Position numbers and translations under genes: made by a program
The notes under the pieces: generated by a model
The model's database searches: none
Told to the model about the DNA's origin: nothing
The model's input: only the letters and a program-made list of their open reading frames with translations
In this document: in pieces, positions 44,491 to 54,432 of the stretch
How positions within the stretch are numbered: position 1 is the stretch's first letter
How the letters are laid out: the number at the start of each line of letters is the position of its first letter
Assembly (NCBI GenBank): GCA_002418285.1
Contig: DIDT01000018.1
Span: forward strand, 90,309 to 154,308
From: Phycisphaerales bacterium UBA5793
Lineage (GTDB): Bacteria; Planctomycetota; Phycisphaerae; Phycisphaerales; UBA5793
DNA length: 64,000 bases
Reading direction: 5' to 3'

Positions 44491-44806
44491 TGGGGGCCGC
44501 AGAAGTGGTGAGTCCCGGCCGAGCGCTTCTGCTCGACTTGGGGGTCGGGCCTTTGGAGCCCAGCGAGCCGGTGCTTCCGGGGGCCCGATTCCCGGGCAAG
44601 TGGGACAGAATATACGCCAATTTAACAGACCTCGCGCGAATAACCCGCTCGGCAGAGGGGTTTGCTATGGGTTCACTGGATGATGGTCAGGAGGTCTCAT
44701 CGCTGTGCCACAGACCGCCGGGGAGCTCGGCGCGGCCAGTGGACATTGAACATTCGTTCGATCGTGTTTTTCCTTTCTTCACAGGCGAACAAGAGGATGA
44801 CTTCAC

Positions 44807-46582
44807 ATGCGCAAAGTTCACGTTGGAACCGCGGTCCTTGCCGCATGCCTCAGCTCTGCCGCACTCGCTCAGCAATGGCGACCGCTGACCCACCAGTCCA
44901 GCGTTCGGGTCTACGGCTACTTCCTGCTCATGGACGGTCGAGTTCTCGCCAATGAGTGCGAGCAGAGCGGCATCGCAACCACCCGCTGGTGGACCCTTAC
45001 GCCGGACAGTTCCGGCAGCTACCTCAACGGCACCTGGTCGCAGGTGGGCAGCACCGTCTACACGCATCTCTATTTCGCCTCGTCCATTACGCCTGCGGGC
45101 AAGGTTCTCGTCGCAGGCGGCGAATACAGCACCGGTGGTTCCGAGACCAACAAGTGCGAACTCTTCGACCCCATCGCCAACACGTGGTCGCCAGTCACGC
45201 CGCCGAGCGGCTGGAACAACATTGGCGACGCTCCCGCGGCGACGCTGCCCGATGGCCGCATGATCGTCGGCGATATCTTCGGCCGGCGCACCGCACTCTA
45301 CAACCCGGCTACCAACACGTTCTCAGCCGGGCCCAACAAACTCAACTCACGCACCACCGAAGAAACGTGGATCACGTTGCCCGATGGCACAGTGGCAACA
45401 TGGGATTGTTTTGGCCACCCGGGGTCCGAGCGCTATCTGCCTTCCACCAATCAGTGGATTTCCTGCGGCAACACGCCGGTTGATCTCGTCCTTCCCAACT
45501 CATTCGAAACCGGCGCCGGCATCGTGTTGCCCGACGGGCGGATGTTCGCCATCGGCGGAACGCCCCGCACCTGCTACTACCAGTATCCTCAGAACATCAA
45601 CGATCCGGGGACATGGACAGTTGGCCCGACGCCGCCCCTGGTGAATGGGCTTACCGTCGGAGCCGAAGATGCTCCTGCTGCACTGGCTCCCAATGGTCGC
45701 GTGCTCATGCCCCTCGGTCGAGTGTCCGCCGGTGGTGGCGAGTTCTTCGCGCCGACCTACTTCTTCGAGTACAACGGCAACAGCATCGTGCGCATCCCCG
45801 ACGCGCCCAATTCGAGCGGACCGCCATACGTCGGCCGTCTCCTGCTCCTGCCCACGGGCGAGATTCTGTGGACCGCAGGAACCGCGGATGCCTACCTCTA
45901 TACCAATGGCGGCTCGGCCAATCCGGCGTGGAAACCCGCTGTCACCGACGTGCCCGGCAATCTGCAGCGCCAACAGAGCTACACACTTCAGGGAACCCAA
46001 CTCACGGGCGTGTCCAACGGTTGCAGCTACGGTGACGAGTATGACCCGGCAACGAACTACCCGCTCATCCGCCTCGATAACACAAGCACGCGACTGGTGT
46101 ATTACGCCCGCACATTCAATCCCAGCACCCGACAGATCCAGACCGGCAACAGCATTCTCAGCGTTGGCTTCGAACTGGGAGGCAACGTGCCGGACGGTCC
46201 GTACGAACTTCGAGTCATCGCCAACGGCATCTCCTCCGATCCTGTCAATGTCCAGGTCGGCAATGGAGGCGGCATCAACCTGACCGTTACAGGCACCTGC
46301 CCGGGCTCGATCACCGTGCAGTGGTCCAATGCGCAGCCCAGCTCGACCGTTGCGCTGATCTATGCAAGGAACACCGGTTCGTTTGTGATTCCCTTCGGGC
46401 CGTGCCAGGGAACGGTTCTGGGTCTCGGGAACCAGGGCATCCGCTTGGTCAACACATTCGCATCCGATCCCGCAGGTGCTGGAAGTCGCAGTGGCTCCAT
46501 CTTCGCGCGGGCCTGCCACGACTACCTGCAGATGCATGATCTGCCGAACTGCACGTTGAGCAACGTGGCTCAGATCCCGTGA
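44807..46582 (+). CDS. Secreted kelch-type propeller protein (galactose/glyoxal-oxidase-like, with Ig-like domain) plus C-terminal 4-Cys module ending SNVAQIP
   Basis: Signal ...SSAALA|Q. It has kelch-like blades ('GKVLVAGGEY', 'LPDGRMIVG', 'LPDGRMFAIGG', 'APNGRVLMPLG'). 'YPLIRLDNTSTRLVYYART...YELRVIANGISS' resembles the E-set domain of glyoxal oxidases. The module is at nt 46274-46579. Confidence 0.8.
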   Translation: MRKVHVGTAVLAACLSSAALAQQWRPLTHQSSVRVYGYFLLMDGRVLANECEQSGIATTRWWTLTPDSSGSYLNGTWSQVGSTVYTHLYFASSITPAGKVLVAGGEYSTGGSETNKCELFDPIANTWSPVTPPSGWNNIGDAPAATLPDGRMIVGDIFGRRTALYNPATNTFSAGPNKLNSRTTEETWITLPDGTVATWDCFGHPGSERYLPSTNQWISCGNTPVDLVLPNSFETGAGIVLPDGRMFAIGGTPRTCYYQYPQNINDPGTWTVGPTPPLVNGLTVGAEDAPAALAPNGRVLMPLGRVSAGGGEFFAPTYFFEYNGNSIVRIPDAPNSSGPPYVGRLLLLPTGEILWTAGTADAYLYTNGGSANPAWKPAVTDVPGNLQRQQSYTLQGTQLTGVSNGCSYGDEYDPATNYPLIRLDNTSTRLVYYARTFNPSTRQIQTGNSILSVGFELGGNVPDGPYELRVIANGISSDPVNVQVGNGGGINLTVTGTCPGSITVQWSNAQPSSTVALIYARNTGSFVIPFGPCQGTVLGLGNQGIRLVNTFASDPAGAGSRSGSIFARACHDYLQMHDLPNCTLSNVAQIP

Positions 46583-46615
46583 GTTGCGCGACGCGTCCGG
46601 TTTGATATCATCCAC

Positions 46616-46653
46616 CGACTCCCCAGCACATCGTGCCGGGGAGTCGTCCTTTG
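46616..46653 (+). terminator. Rho-independent terminator after the kelch-module gene
   Basis: CGACTCCCCAGCAC-atc-GTGCCGGGGAGTCG (14-bp stem with one mismatch), then TCCTTTG. Confidence 0.6.
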
Positions 46654-46844
46654 ATGCGCGGGTTGCCCAGCGGATTCTCGCCTCATGACCGCCCGGTCTC
46701 GCATCAATGATGGGTCGAATTCCATGTGGCGTGTCCTCGCCGCGACGAACCCGCGATGGCATCGGGCCGTACCATCGGGAAGCACCGACTGGGGCGTCGG
46801 ATGCGACAATTCGCCTCTACAGTCAGGTGTCAGGAGAATCGTTA

Positions 46845-47936
46845 ATGACCAAGTCAATGGGTATCGCTCTATTCGCGGCCAGTTTCATCACGATGACCAT
46901 CGGTACGGTGGTCGCGCGAATATCGGCCAACCAGGATCCAGCTTCAACAGACACTCATGGAGACACGATGCACGCGTCGAGTGACCAGTCCAGGCCGAAG
47001 TACTCCAAATCAAGTTACGACATCACGCCGCTCAGCAAAGAGCGCATCGCCGAGTTGGCGGCAAAGCTCGATCCCGAGGCGTACAAGATCACCCAGAAAG
47101 CCGGCACTGAAGCCCCGTTCTGCGGCAACCTGCTCGACAACAAGAAAGAAGGAACGTACGTCTGTGTCGTCTGCGGGCTTCCTCTTTTCTCCAGCGATCA
47201 CAAGTTTCACTCGGGCACCGGGTGGCCGAGCTTCTACACGGGTTTCGATCCCGCGCACATCACCGAGATCGAAGATCGCAGCCTCGGCATGATCCGCACA
47301 GAGATCGAGTGTGCCCGATGCAGCGCGCACCTCGGCCATGTGTTTGGCGATGGTCCCAAACCCACCGGTCTTCGTTACTGTCTCAACTCGGCTTCTCTGA
47401 AGTTCTATGAAAAGGGCGAACCCATGCCTGCGGAAAGTCAGCCGGTCAGGACCGAAACCGCCTACTTCGCCGGCGGCTGCTTTTGGGGCATCGAGCACTA
47501 CTTCGACGAGGGCCCCGGTGTCATCGAAGCTGTAAGCGGTTACATGCAGGGCCAGGTCGACAATCCGACCTACAAGCAGGTCTGCTACACCAACACCCAT
47601 CACGCCGAAACGGTGAAGGTTGTCTTCGATCCAAATCGAATCTCGTACCATCGCCTGCTCGAAGCCTTTTTCGTCATGCACGACCCGACGCAACTCAATC
47701 GGCAGGGGCCCGACGTCGGCGATCAATACCGATCAGGTATCTGGTACGCGAACGATGAGCAGAAAGCCGAAGCTGAGAAGTACATCAGAGATCTCCAGGC
47801 CTCGACCAAGTACAAGGGCCGGGAGATCGTGACGCAGGTCGAAAAGGCAGAGACCTTCTGGCCCGCCGAAGAGTACCACCAGGACTACGTCAGCAAGACC
47901 GGCCGAGCCTGTCACATCGCCGATCCCTGGAAGTAG
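46845..47936 (+). CDS. msrAB: Exported bifunctional methionine sulfoxide reductase MsrB-MsrA
   Basis: ORF 46707..47936, start set at ATG 46845 with AGGAGA RBS. Signal/anchor '[24 protein letters not shown]'. MsrB motifs are '[24 protein letters not shown]' and '[12 protein letters not shown]'. The MsrA motif is '[15 protein letters not shown]'. Confidence 0.9.
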   Translation: MTKSMGIALFAASFITMTIGTVVARISANQDPASTDTHGDTMHASSDQSRPKYSKSSYDITPLSKERIAELAAKLDPEAYKITQKAGTEAPFCGNLLDNKKEGTYVCVVCGLPLFSSDHKFHSGTGWPSFYTGFDPAHITEIEDRSLGMIRTEIECARCSAHLGHVFGDGPKPTGLRYCLNSASLKFYEKGEPMPAESQPVRTETAYFAGGCFWGIEHYFDEGPGVIEAVSGYMQGQVDNPTYKQVCYTNTHHAETVKVVFDPNRISYHRLLEAFFVMHDPTQLNRQGPDVGDQYRSGIWYANDEQKAEAEKYIRDLQASTKYKGREIVTQVEKAETFWPAEEYHQDYVSKTGRACHIADPWK

Positions 47937-48013
47937 CGCGACCTTCAGACGCTCTGTTTCAAGGCCGAATCCCCCTTTCCGAGCCTCCAGCCTCCCAAAT
48001 GGTTGGCGAATTT

Positions 48014-48042
48014 TTGCATTTTCTGCATATTTGACGTATGTT
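48014..48042 (+). promoter_or_regulatory. Candidate sigma70-like promoter in an AT-rich patch
   Basis: TTGCAT, 17-nt spacer, TATGTT, about 95 nt upstream of ATG 48138. It is followed by a perfect 8-bp hairpin CTTGCCGG-catc-CCGGCAAG at 48069-48088 in the putative leader. Confidence 0.3.
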
Positions 48043-48137
48043 TGGGCGGTAATCAGAGCAGGCCATCGCTTGCCGGCATCCCGGCAAGAAGGGAAATGCT
48101 GCCGCAGGCGGAAACAGCCAACCACCGGAGGAGAGAT

Positions 48138-51100
48138 ATGTCATCGTCGCACGGCACGAATCGGGTCACCAGTCACGCGCGTTCATTTCCTGCAGCGATG
48201 CTGCTCTGCGTCGGTCTTGCCGCCGTCTGTACCTCAACACTCTGGGGCGAACCGGACGGATTGCCAGATCGAGTCAACCACTCCACGATGGATGAACTCT
48301 TTGGTGGCGCCGCCATCGAGACTCAGGCCAATGTCTTCACCGGCAGCGCACAGGAGCACGGGGCGCTCACGGCTCTGTCCGGCGGTGGCTTCGTGGCCGT
48401 GTGGGACAGCCGGCGGCAGGAGCACGGCGACTACGCCGTGGTCGCGCAGCGCTTCGATGCGTTCGGGCGAGCCATCGGCGGCGAAGTCCCCATCAACGCT
48501 TTTGCTCGCGGCATGCAGGAGCGCCCCGCCGTTATCGCAAGCGGCGAGTCCATCTGGTTCGTCTGGCAGTCGCATGGTCAGGATGGCAGCGCCGCCAGCA
48601 TCGTCGCCCGTCGATTCGATCACGAACTCAGGAACGCCAGCGCCGAGATTCCGGTCAATCAAACGCAGACTGGCAACCAGATGCTTCCGGCCATCGTCGA
48701 TGACGGAGCCGGTGGCGTTGTCATCGCATGGGTGGATGATTCCACCGGAGCCAGTCGAATCATGAGCCGCACCTTTGACGCGGAAGGTTCACCGATCTGC
48801 GATGAGTCTGCCGTGAGTGGAGATGTGCCCGGAAACAACTCAAATGTATCTATCGGGCGCGCCTCAGATGGCTCCTACCTCGTCGCGTGGGCGCGAACGG
48901 ATGAGCAGGGCAATCCCAACGCCGTGATCGCCCGACGCATCGCGAGGGATGGAACCCTCAGTAGTGATGAACTGATCCTCAACGAAATGGACGGGAGCGA
49001 TCACATCGAACCATCCATCGCGATGACCCGTGATGGCGGTTTCGTCGGCGCCTGGCATACCGCTGCCGATGGCGGGTTCACCGTCGATGTGCGCTTTTTT
49101 GACGCCGATGGATCACCCTTGACCGACCGCATGACCGTCGCAGGGCCGTCAAACGGGTGGAAGAGCGCGGCGACCGTACTCCGAGTTACCGATGATCGCT
49201 ACCTCGTCGTCTACAACAGTGACGGCGCCGGCGGCGACGGGAACGGCTCGGGCGTCATGGGGCAACTCATCGACGCACAGGGAGACATTCTCGCCTCACC
49301 CATGGTCCTCAATGTGAACACAAACGGTCTGCAGGAAATCACTCCCGCAACCGGCGCCAACCGAGTGGTAATCGATGAGGCAGGCCGACTCGCCACCTGC
49401 TGGAATGGCGCTTCACACGAGGGCGACGAGTCTTCCGTCAATCTCACCGTGCGGCTGCCGTTGGAGATGGCCGTTGCTGCGGCCGAGCCGGCTGGCGAGC
49501 GTCTCGCTTACTTGGTGTCGGAAGTCGATGCAAACACCCCCAACCCGCCCATCTGGGATCCCAACCATGTAGAGCTTGAACGCCTCGGCAACAGCGGCGG
49601 TGATGGGCCGGACTTCGGCTTCGAAGGCGTGACGAACACAGGGTGGACACCGCCTGATCCGGAAATGGCCGTCGGGCCCGACCGCATCCTCGCTATCACC
49701 AATGGTGAGATTACCCTCTTTGACAAGTCCGGCAACAACCTCTTCCGCGACGAGATTGAAGACTCATTTGGGTTCTGGGGAGAACTGGGCGCGACGAACT
49801 TCGTCTTCGATCCCGAGTGCGTCTGGGATCCCCATTCCCAGCGTCTCTTCGCCATGGCCTGCGAGCGCAGCAATACCGGCCGTTCGATGTTCCTGCTCGC
49901 CGTCTCAAAGACCAGTTCACCCAACACCCGGACCGATTGGTGGAAGTATCGCATCGACGTGACGTCACTTTCGGGCAATGACATCGACTCGCCGAACATG
50001 GCCGTCGACGCCAACAATGTGCTGCTTACCGCCGACTTCTTCTCACCCGACAAATATCTTCTCTACTTCATCGATAAGAATTCAATTCTCGCTGGCGGCA
50101 CGCCGGTAGCCAGGAGCGAGTTGATCACGGGGGCCAGCCAGCAGTCGATGGGCATTCCCGTCATGCACGACGCCAACGCCCCGGCCCAGTACATCCTCCA
50201 GTCTACCGAACTCACCAACAACAACACGGTGATCTTCCACGCCACGCGCGACCCATTCGGCTCCTACACCCGCGTGACCTACACGCTGACGGTTCCGGCC
50301 TACACCTATCCGAATCAACCGCCGCAGCGCGGCTCAAGCAGTCGTCCGTTCCTCTTCGAACCCCGCTTCTGGAGTTGCGTGGCCATCAACGATTCGCTCT
50401 GGGCCGTGCATCACGTCAACTCCTCCCGCGCACGCGTGCGCTGGTACGAGTTCAACATGCGCGGCTGGCCGACGAGCGGTAACAACCCCGAGATTGCCCA
50501 GTGGGGCGAACTCGACTATGGCGGCACGATCCACACCTTCTTCCCGAGCATCGGTGTCGATTCCCAAGGCAATGCTGCGATCACCTTTGCGCGATCCTCG
50601 CCGGATGAATACATCTCGATGTCGCGGGCAGTGCGCAAATTCAGCGATCCTCCCGGAACATTCCAGCCGCCCCAGTTCGTCAAGGAGAGCACCGCCGCGC
50701 ACACCTCCGGTCGCTGGGGCGATTACAGCGCCACGGTGAATGATCCGGCGACGCTCGGCTCATTCTGGGGGCATCATGAATTCACGCTCAACGGTCAGTG
50801 GCGCACGTGGATCGCCCGCTACGACGTCGGTAATCCGCCGATGATCCTCGTCTCCTCGCGACTCGTGTCGGGTGTGCGCGGAACGTTGGATGTCACCGGC
50901 GCCACGCCCAACGGGCAAGTAGTCTTCTTCTACTCGATTCGTGGGTCGGGCAGCACGTACGTTTCGCAACTTGACGTGACGCTCGATCTCAACGCGCCCG
51001 TCTTCCTCGGCGCACGCCTCGCGGACGAAAACGGCGCGGTGAGCCTCTCCAGGCACATACCTGATGGAACGACCGGTCGAAGAGTCTGGTTGCAGGCCGC

Positions 51101-51146
51101 CGAATTCCAGCGCGCCACCAATCTCGTGGAGACCGTGATCGAGTAG
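48138..51146 (+). CDS. Large secreted protein: seven ~45-aa 'h-V-x-W' repeats (predicted propeller), a second beta-rich domain, and the relaxed C-terminal module
   Basis: ORF 48003..51146, start set at ATG 48138 with GGAGGAGAG RBS. Signal 'AAMLLCVGLAAVCTSTLWG'. The repeats are listed in the findings. The C-terminal module is at nt 50841-51143. Confidence 0.8.
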   Translation: MSSSHGTNRVTSHARSFPAAMLLCVGLAAVCTSTLWGEPDGLPDRVNHSTMDELFGGAAIETQANVFTGSAQEHGALTALSGGGFVAVWDSRRQEHGDYAVVAQRFDAFGRAIGGEVPINAFARGMQERPAVIASGESIWFVWQSHGQDGSAASIVARRFDHELRNASAEIPVNQTQTGNQMLPAIVDDGAGGVVIAWVDDSTGASRIMSRTFDAEGSPICDESAVSGDVPGNNSNVSIGRASDGSYLVAWARTDEQGNPNAVIARRIARDGTLSSDELILNEMDGSDHIEPSIAMTRDGGFVGAWHTAADGGFTVDVRFFDADGSPLTDRMTVAGPSNGWKSAATVLRVTDDRYLVVYNSDGAGGDGNGSGVMGQLIDAQGDILASPMVLNVNTNGLQEITPATGANRVVIDEAGRLATCWNGASHEGDESSVNLTVRLPLEMAVAAAEPAGERLAYLVSEVDANTPNPPIWDPNHVELERLGNSGGDGPDFGFEGVTNTGWTPPDPEMAVGPDRILAITNGEITLFDKSGNNLFRDEIEDSFGFWGELGATNFVFDPECVWDPHSQRLFAMACERSNTGRSMFLLAVSKTSSPNTRTDWWKYRIDVTSLSGNDIDSPNMAVDANNVLLTADFFSPDKYLLYFIDKNSILAGGTPVARSELITGASQQSMGIPVMHDANAPAQYILQSTELTNNNTVIFHATRDPFGSYTRVTYTLTVPAYTYPNQPPQRGSSSRPFLFEPRFWSCVAINDSLWAVHHVNSSRARVRWYEFNMRGWPTSGNNPEIAQWGELDYGGTIHTFFPSIGVDSQGNAAITFARSSPDEYISMSRAVRKFSDPPGTFQPPQFVKESTAAHTSGRWGDYSATVNDPATLGSFWGHHEFTLNGQWRTWIARYDVGNPPMILVSSRLVSGVRGTLDVTGATPNGQVVFFYSIRGSGSTYVSQLDVTLDLNAPVFLGARLADENGAVSLSRHIPDGTTGRRVWLQAAEFQRATNLVETVIE

Positions 51147-51166
51147 GAGGATCCGACGAGTCTCGG

Positions 51167-52327
51167 CTACTTCTCGCGAGGCCAGAATTTCAAGTCGTGG
51201 ACCAGCGCCTTGGCGCGCTGTCCCTCGGCGTTGACAATGACCTCGGTGCCAACTGCGGTCTTGGAGTGCTTCACCATCGCAAACGCAATGATCGTGCGCC
51301 CCAGCATCGGGCTGGGGGCCGCACTCGTCACGGCTCCGATGACTTCAGCGATCTGGTCCGCTGGGTCGAAGACCTGCGAGCCGGTCACGGGCATGTGTTC
51401 GCCTTCAATCTTCAGCCCGACGAGCACCTTGGACGGGTGCCCAAGGCTCTCCATCCGGGCAACGACTTCCTGCCCGAGATAGCAGCCCTTCGTAAACGAG
51501 ACGCGCTGCCTAAGGATTCCTGTCTCATGCGGCAGCGAATCGAGACCAAAGTCGATGAGGTGCATCGCGCAGCCGGCTTCAATGCGCGCGATGTTGAATG
51601 CGTGCCAGCCGATGGATCGAAGCCCCTGCCCCAAACCCACCTCGAGAAGTTGTTCATGGATGGCGAGCGTGTCCTCCACCCGGCAGATCAGGTGCAACCC
51701 CACTTCGCCGGTGTGATCTCGTCGATGGACCACGATTGGATGGCCGTGCGCCGAACACCGCATGGTCCGGCCCGGCATGAGATCAGTCAGTGCCGCCGCC
51801 TGCGGTTCTTCAATCGTCGATCTCAGGAATTCGATTGCGCGCGGTCCGTGCAGGCTCAGGCAATGGAACTTCCCTGTCACATTTTCAAGCGTGACGTCTT
51901 CGCTGAAGATGAACCCATCAAGCGACTTCACGGTGCGCTGAGCGAGCGTCGCGTCCACGATGAGCAGCAGTTCATCCCCCAGCTCGACAACGCTGAGATC
52001 AGCTTCGATGCGGCCCTTACGGTTGAGCCAGAACGCGTCCACAACCTGCCCAGCGCCGAGTCCCTTTAGTTCATTGGTGAGCATGCGATTGAGAAAATCA
52101 CCCCGATCACCGCCGGCTACGCGGATTACACCCCGCTGCGGAACGTCCATGAGCCCGGCAGATCGACGAAGCGACGCGTACTCCGCCTCGATCTCGCCAT
52201 AAGTGGAGACGATTTCGATCCCCTCCGCTGCGACATCCGCGGCAGATCCGGGATCGCGACGGCCGTAGCGCATGAACTCGGCCTCCGCCTGTTCCTGAAG
52301 ATTGTGAAGTGGGCTGATGACTGCCAT
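51167..52327 (-). CDS. Folate-binding aminomethyltransferase-family protein (YgfZ/GcvT-like)
   Basis: It has 'AGLMDVPQRGVIRVAGGDRGDFLNRMLTNEL' and 'SFTKGCYLGQEVVARM', the K-G-C-Y-x-G-Q-E motif typical of YgfZ. Confidence 0.8.
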   Translation of the reverse strand: MAVISPLHNLQEQAEAEFMRYGRRDPGSAADVAAEGIEIVSTYGEIEAEYASLRRSAGLMDVPQRGVIRVAGGDRGDFLNRMLTNELKGLGAGQVVDAFWLNRKGRIEADLSVVELGDELLLIVDATLAQRTVKSLDGFIFSEDVTLENVTGKFHCLSLHGPRAIEFLRSTIEEPQAAALTDLMPGRTMRCSAHGHPIVVHRRDHTGEVGLHLICRVEDTLAIHEQLLEVGLGQGLRSIGWHAFNIARIEAGCAMHLIDFGLDSLPHETGILRQRVSFTKGCYLGQEVVARMESLGHPSKVLVGLKIEGEHMPVTGSQVFDPADQIAEVIGAVTSAAPSPMLGRTIIAFAMVKHSKTAVGTEVIVNAEGQRAKALVHDLKFWPREK

Positions 52328-52433
52328 TGGATTGGTCTTGCCTCTGAACGCTGCGGGGTTACGCTAGTCAACCCAGAAGGTGCGAATCGATCGCTCCTGC
52401 TTGATCATAAGTCCTTGAACGGCGAGAAACTCC

Positions 52434-53513
52434 ATGAATGTTGACCTGCTGAAAAGGTTGTGCGAAACCCCCGGAATCCCCGGACGCGAAGAGCGTGTCC
52501 GGGCGCTGATCGAACTCGAGGTGAAGGGCCTGTTTGACGAAGTGCGAACCGATCCGATGGGTTCGCTCATCTGCGTGCGAAAGCCCACGCGCAAGCCCGT
52601 CAAGGGAGCGGCGCCGCTGCGCGTCATGCTCGCCTGCCACATGGACGAAATCGGCTTTTACGTCCGCCACATTGATGACAAAGGATACCTCTGGCTTAAC
52701 CCCGCCGGCGGCTTTGATGCCCGCAACCTTTTCTCTCGCCGCGTACTGGTCTGCAGTGAAGAGAACGACCTTGTCGGCGTCATGAACCCCGGCGGCAAAC
52801 CCATCCACATCTCCTCGCCAGAAGATCGCAAGAAGATTCCCGAGGTGACTGAGTTCTACATCGATCTCGGGATGTCGCCCGACGATGTCAGGAACCAGGT
52901 CCGCATCGGAGACATGGTCGTCATGCACGAACCATTTGCCGAACTTGGCGACACCCTTGTGAGCAAGGCGATGGACAACCGCGTGGCATGCTGGCTGGGC
53001 ATCGAGTCGGTTCGACAGGTAGCAGGCAGGGGCAAAGGCAAAGCCTCGGCCAAGGGTGTTGACCATGCCTGTGAGATCCACTGCGTCTTCACCGTACAGG
53101 AGGAGGTCGGCCTGCGCGGCGCCGTCACCAGCGCCTACACCGTCAAACCTGATGTCGGCATTGGCATCGACACAACCCTCTGCTGCGACACGCCGGGAGT
53201 TCCGGAGAACGATCGCGTGACCAAGCAGGGCGACGGCGTGGCCATCACCGTCATGGATGGCTCAGTCATCTCCACCCACGCGCTCGTCAACCAGTTTGAG
53301 GAGATTGCGAAGAAGCGCAAGATCCCGCATCAGCGGTCCATCCTTGGACGCGGCGGCACCGATACCGCAGCGCTTCAAAAGGCGGGATCAGGAGCCAAGG
53401 CGATTACCATTTCCGTCGGCACGAGGTACATCCACACGGTGACCGAGATGGTCCATCGCGGCGACCTGGAAGCCGCGCGCAACCTGCTGGCTGCCTATCT
53501 CGAAGTCGCCTGA
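52434..53513 (+). CDS. M42-family metallopeptidase (FrvX/glutamyl aminopeptidase-like)
   Basis: It has 'LLKRLCETPGIPGREERVR', 'LACHMDEIGF', 'KAMDNRV', 'FTVQEEVGLRGA' and 'RYIHT'. Confidence 0.85.
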   Translation: MNVDLLKRLCETPGIPGREERVRALIELEVKGLFDEVRTDPMGSLICVRKPTRKPVKGAAPLRVMLACHMDEIGFYVRHIDDKGYLWLNPAGGFDARNLFSRRVLVCSEENDLVGVMNPGGKPIHISSPEDRKKIPEVTEFYIDLGMSPDDVRNQVRIGDMVVMHEPFAELGDTLVSKAMDNRVACWLGIESVRQVAGRGKGKASAKGVDHACEIHCVFTVQEEVGLRGAVTSAYTVKPDVGIGIDTTLCCDTPGVPENDRVTKQGDGVAITVMDGSVISTHALVNQFEEIAKKRKIPHQRSILGRGGTDTAALQKAGSGAKAITISVGTRYIHTVTEMVHRGDLEAARNLLAAYLEVA

Positions 53514-53629
53514 TCACCACCCGCGATCAGGAATCTCGTGATGTGGTGCAGAATAAACCGAGCCAGTGCCAGGTTTTGTGATTGATCGCGACATTCATGG
53601 TGCCTGAACTCCGGGCGCGGAGGTGTGAA

Positions 53630-54382
53630 ATGAACCTGAATCGGTGCTCGATTATGTCCCTGGCGGCGGCGATCACCCTCGTGGGTGGATGCCAGTCTTC
53701 GCAGGTCGATCGTTCCGCGAATATGGAGCCAGAATCAGGTGCGGGTGCGTTGGCCGCCGTGACGCCCGAGCAGGAGCGGGGCGAGGCGAGCCCGGGCAAT
53801 CGCTACGAAGAGCAGCGGGTGCACGAGGCCATGCGCGGTCTCGAGTATGAGACCGGCCGCGTCCGCCTTGACGCCGATCAGGCCACTCTGGTCGTTCCTC
53901 GCCCCGATGTATCGCTGGCGGCTGTCGAACGGCAAACCGGCGTGCAGGAGCTGATGCAGCGCAACGACGTGATCAGCGCCATCGGTGCATTCACGCGCGC
54001 TGTCATTCATGACCCGGCAGATGCAAGATCCTACACCGAACTCGGCCGCGCGCTCATGTTTGAGGGCGAGTCTAAGGATGCTGAGGCGGCGTTTCGAACG
54101 GCACTGGATCTCGATCCTGCGTTCACCGAGGCAGGCTTCCAATTGGGCGCCCTTCTCCAGATGACCGGACGCAACGCCGAGGCCGTCGATCAGTGGTTGC
54201 AGGTCGTCTCGATCGATCCGAATCACGCGCTGGCGCACAGTCGTTTGGCCATCGAGTTGTACTACGCCAGCCGTTATGAGCAAGCCTGGCTCCATGTGCA
54301 CGCGGCGCAGCGGTTGGGTGCGGTTGTTCCGCCCCAGTTCCTGCCGCTGCTTTCGGCACAGATGGCCGAGCCGGCTCGCTAG
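53630..54382 (+). CDS. TPR-repeat lipoprotein
   Basis: Start ATG 53630 with GGAGG RBS and lipobox 'LVGGC'. It has TPR-like repeats ('AIGAFTRAVIHDPADARSYTELGRAL', 'AEAAFRTALDLDPAF', 'AVDQWLQVVSIDPNHALAH'). Confidence 0.75.
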   Translation: MNLNRCSIMSLAAAITLVGGCQSSQVDRSANMEPESGAGALAAVTPEQERGEASPGNRYEEQRVHEAMRGLEYETGRVRLDADQATLVVPRPDVSLAAVERQTGVQELMQRNDVISAIGAFTRAVIHDPADARSYTELGRALMFEGESKDAEAAFRTALDLDPAFTEAGFQLGALLQMTGRNAEAVDQWLQVVSIDPNHALAHSRLAIELYYASRYEQAWLHVHAAQRLGAVVPPQFLPLLSAQMAEPAR

Positions 54383-54432
54383 TTGATGCGTCACCTCGTT
54401 CAGAACCCAGCGAAGGCGGAGGAGAAGATCTC

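Noticed and set aside
44491-44806. 316-bp spacer with a GCAGAAG...CTTCTGC hairpin, considered as an sRNA or terminator
   Set aside because: The stem is only 7 bp with a 20-nt loop and no U-tract, and I cannot assess conservation. I left it unannotated.
45500-46762. 420-aa ORF on the - strand
   Set aside because: It is antisense to the kelch-module gene and reads through its terminator.
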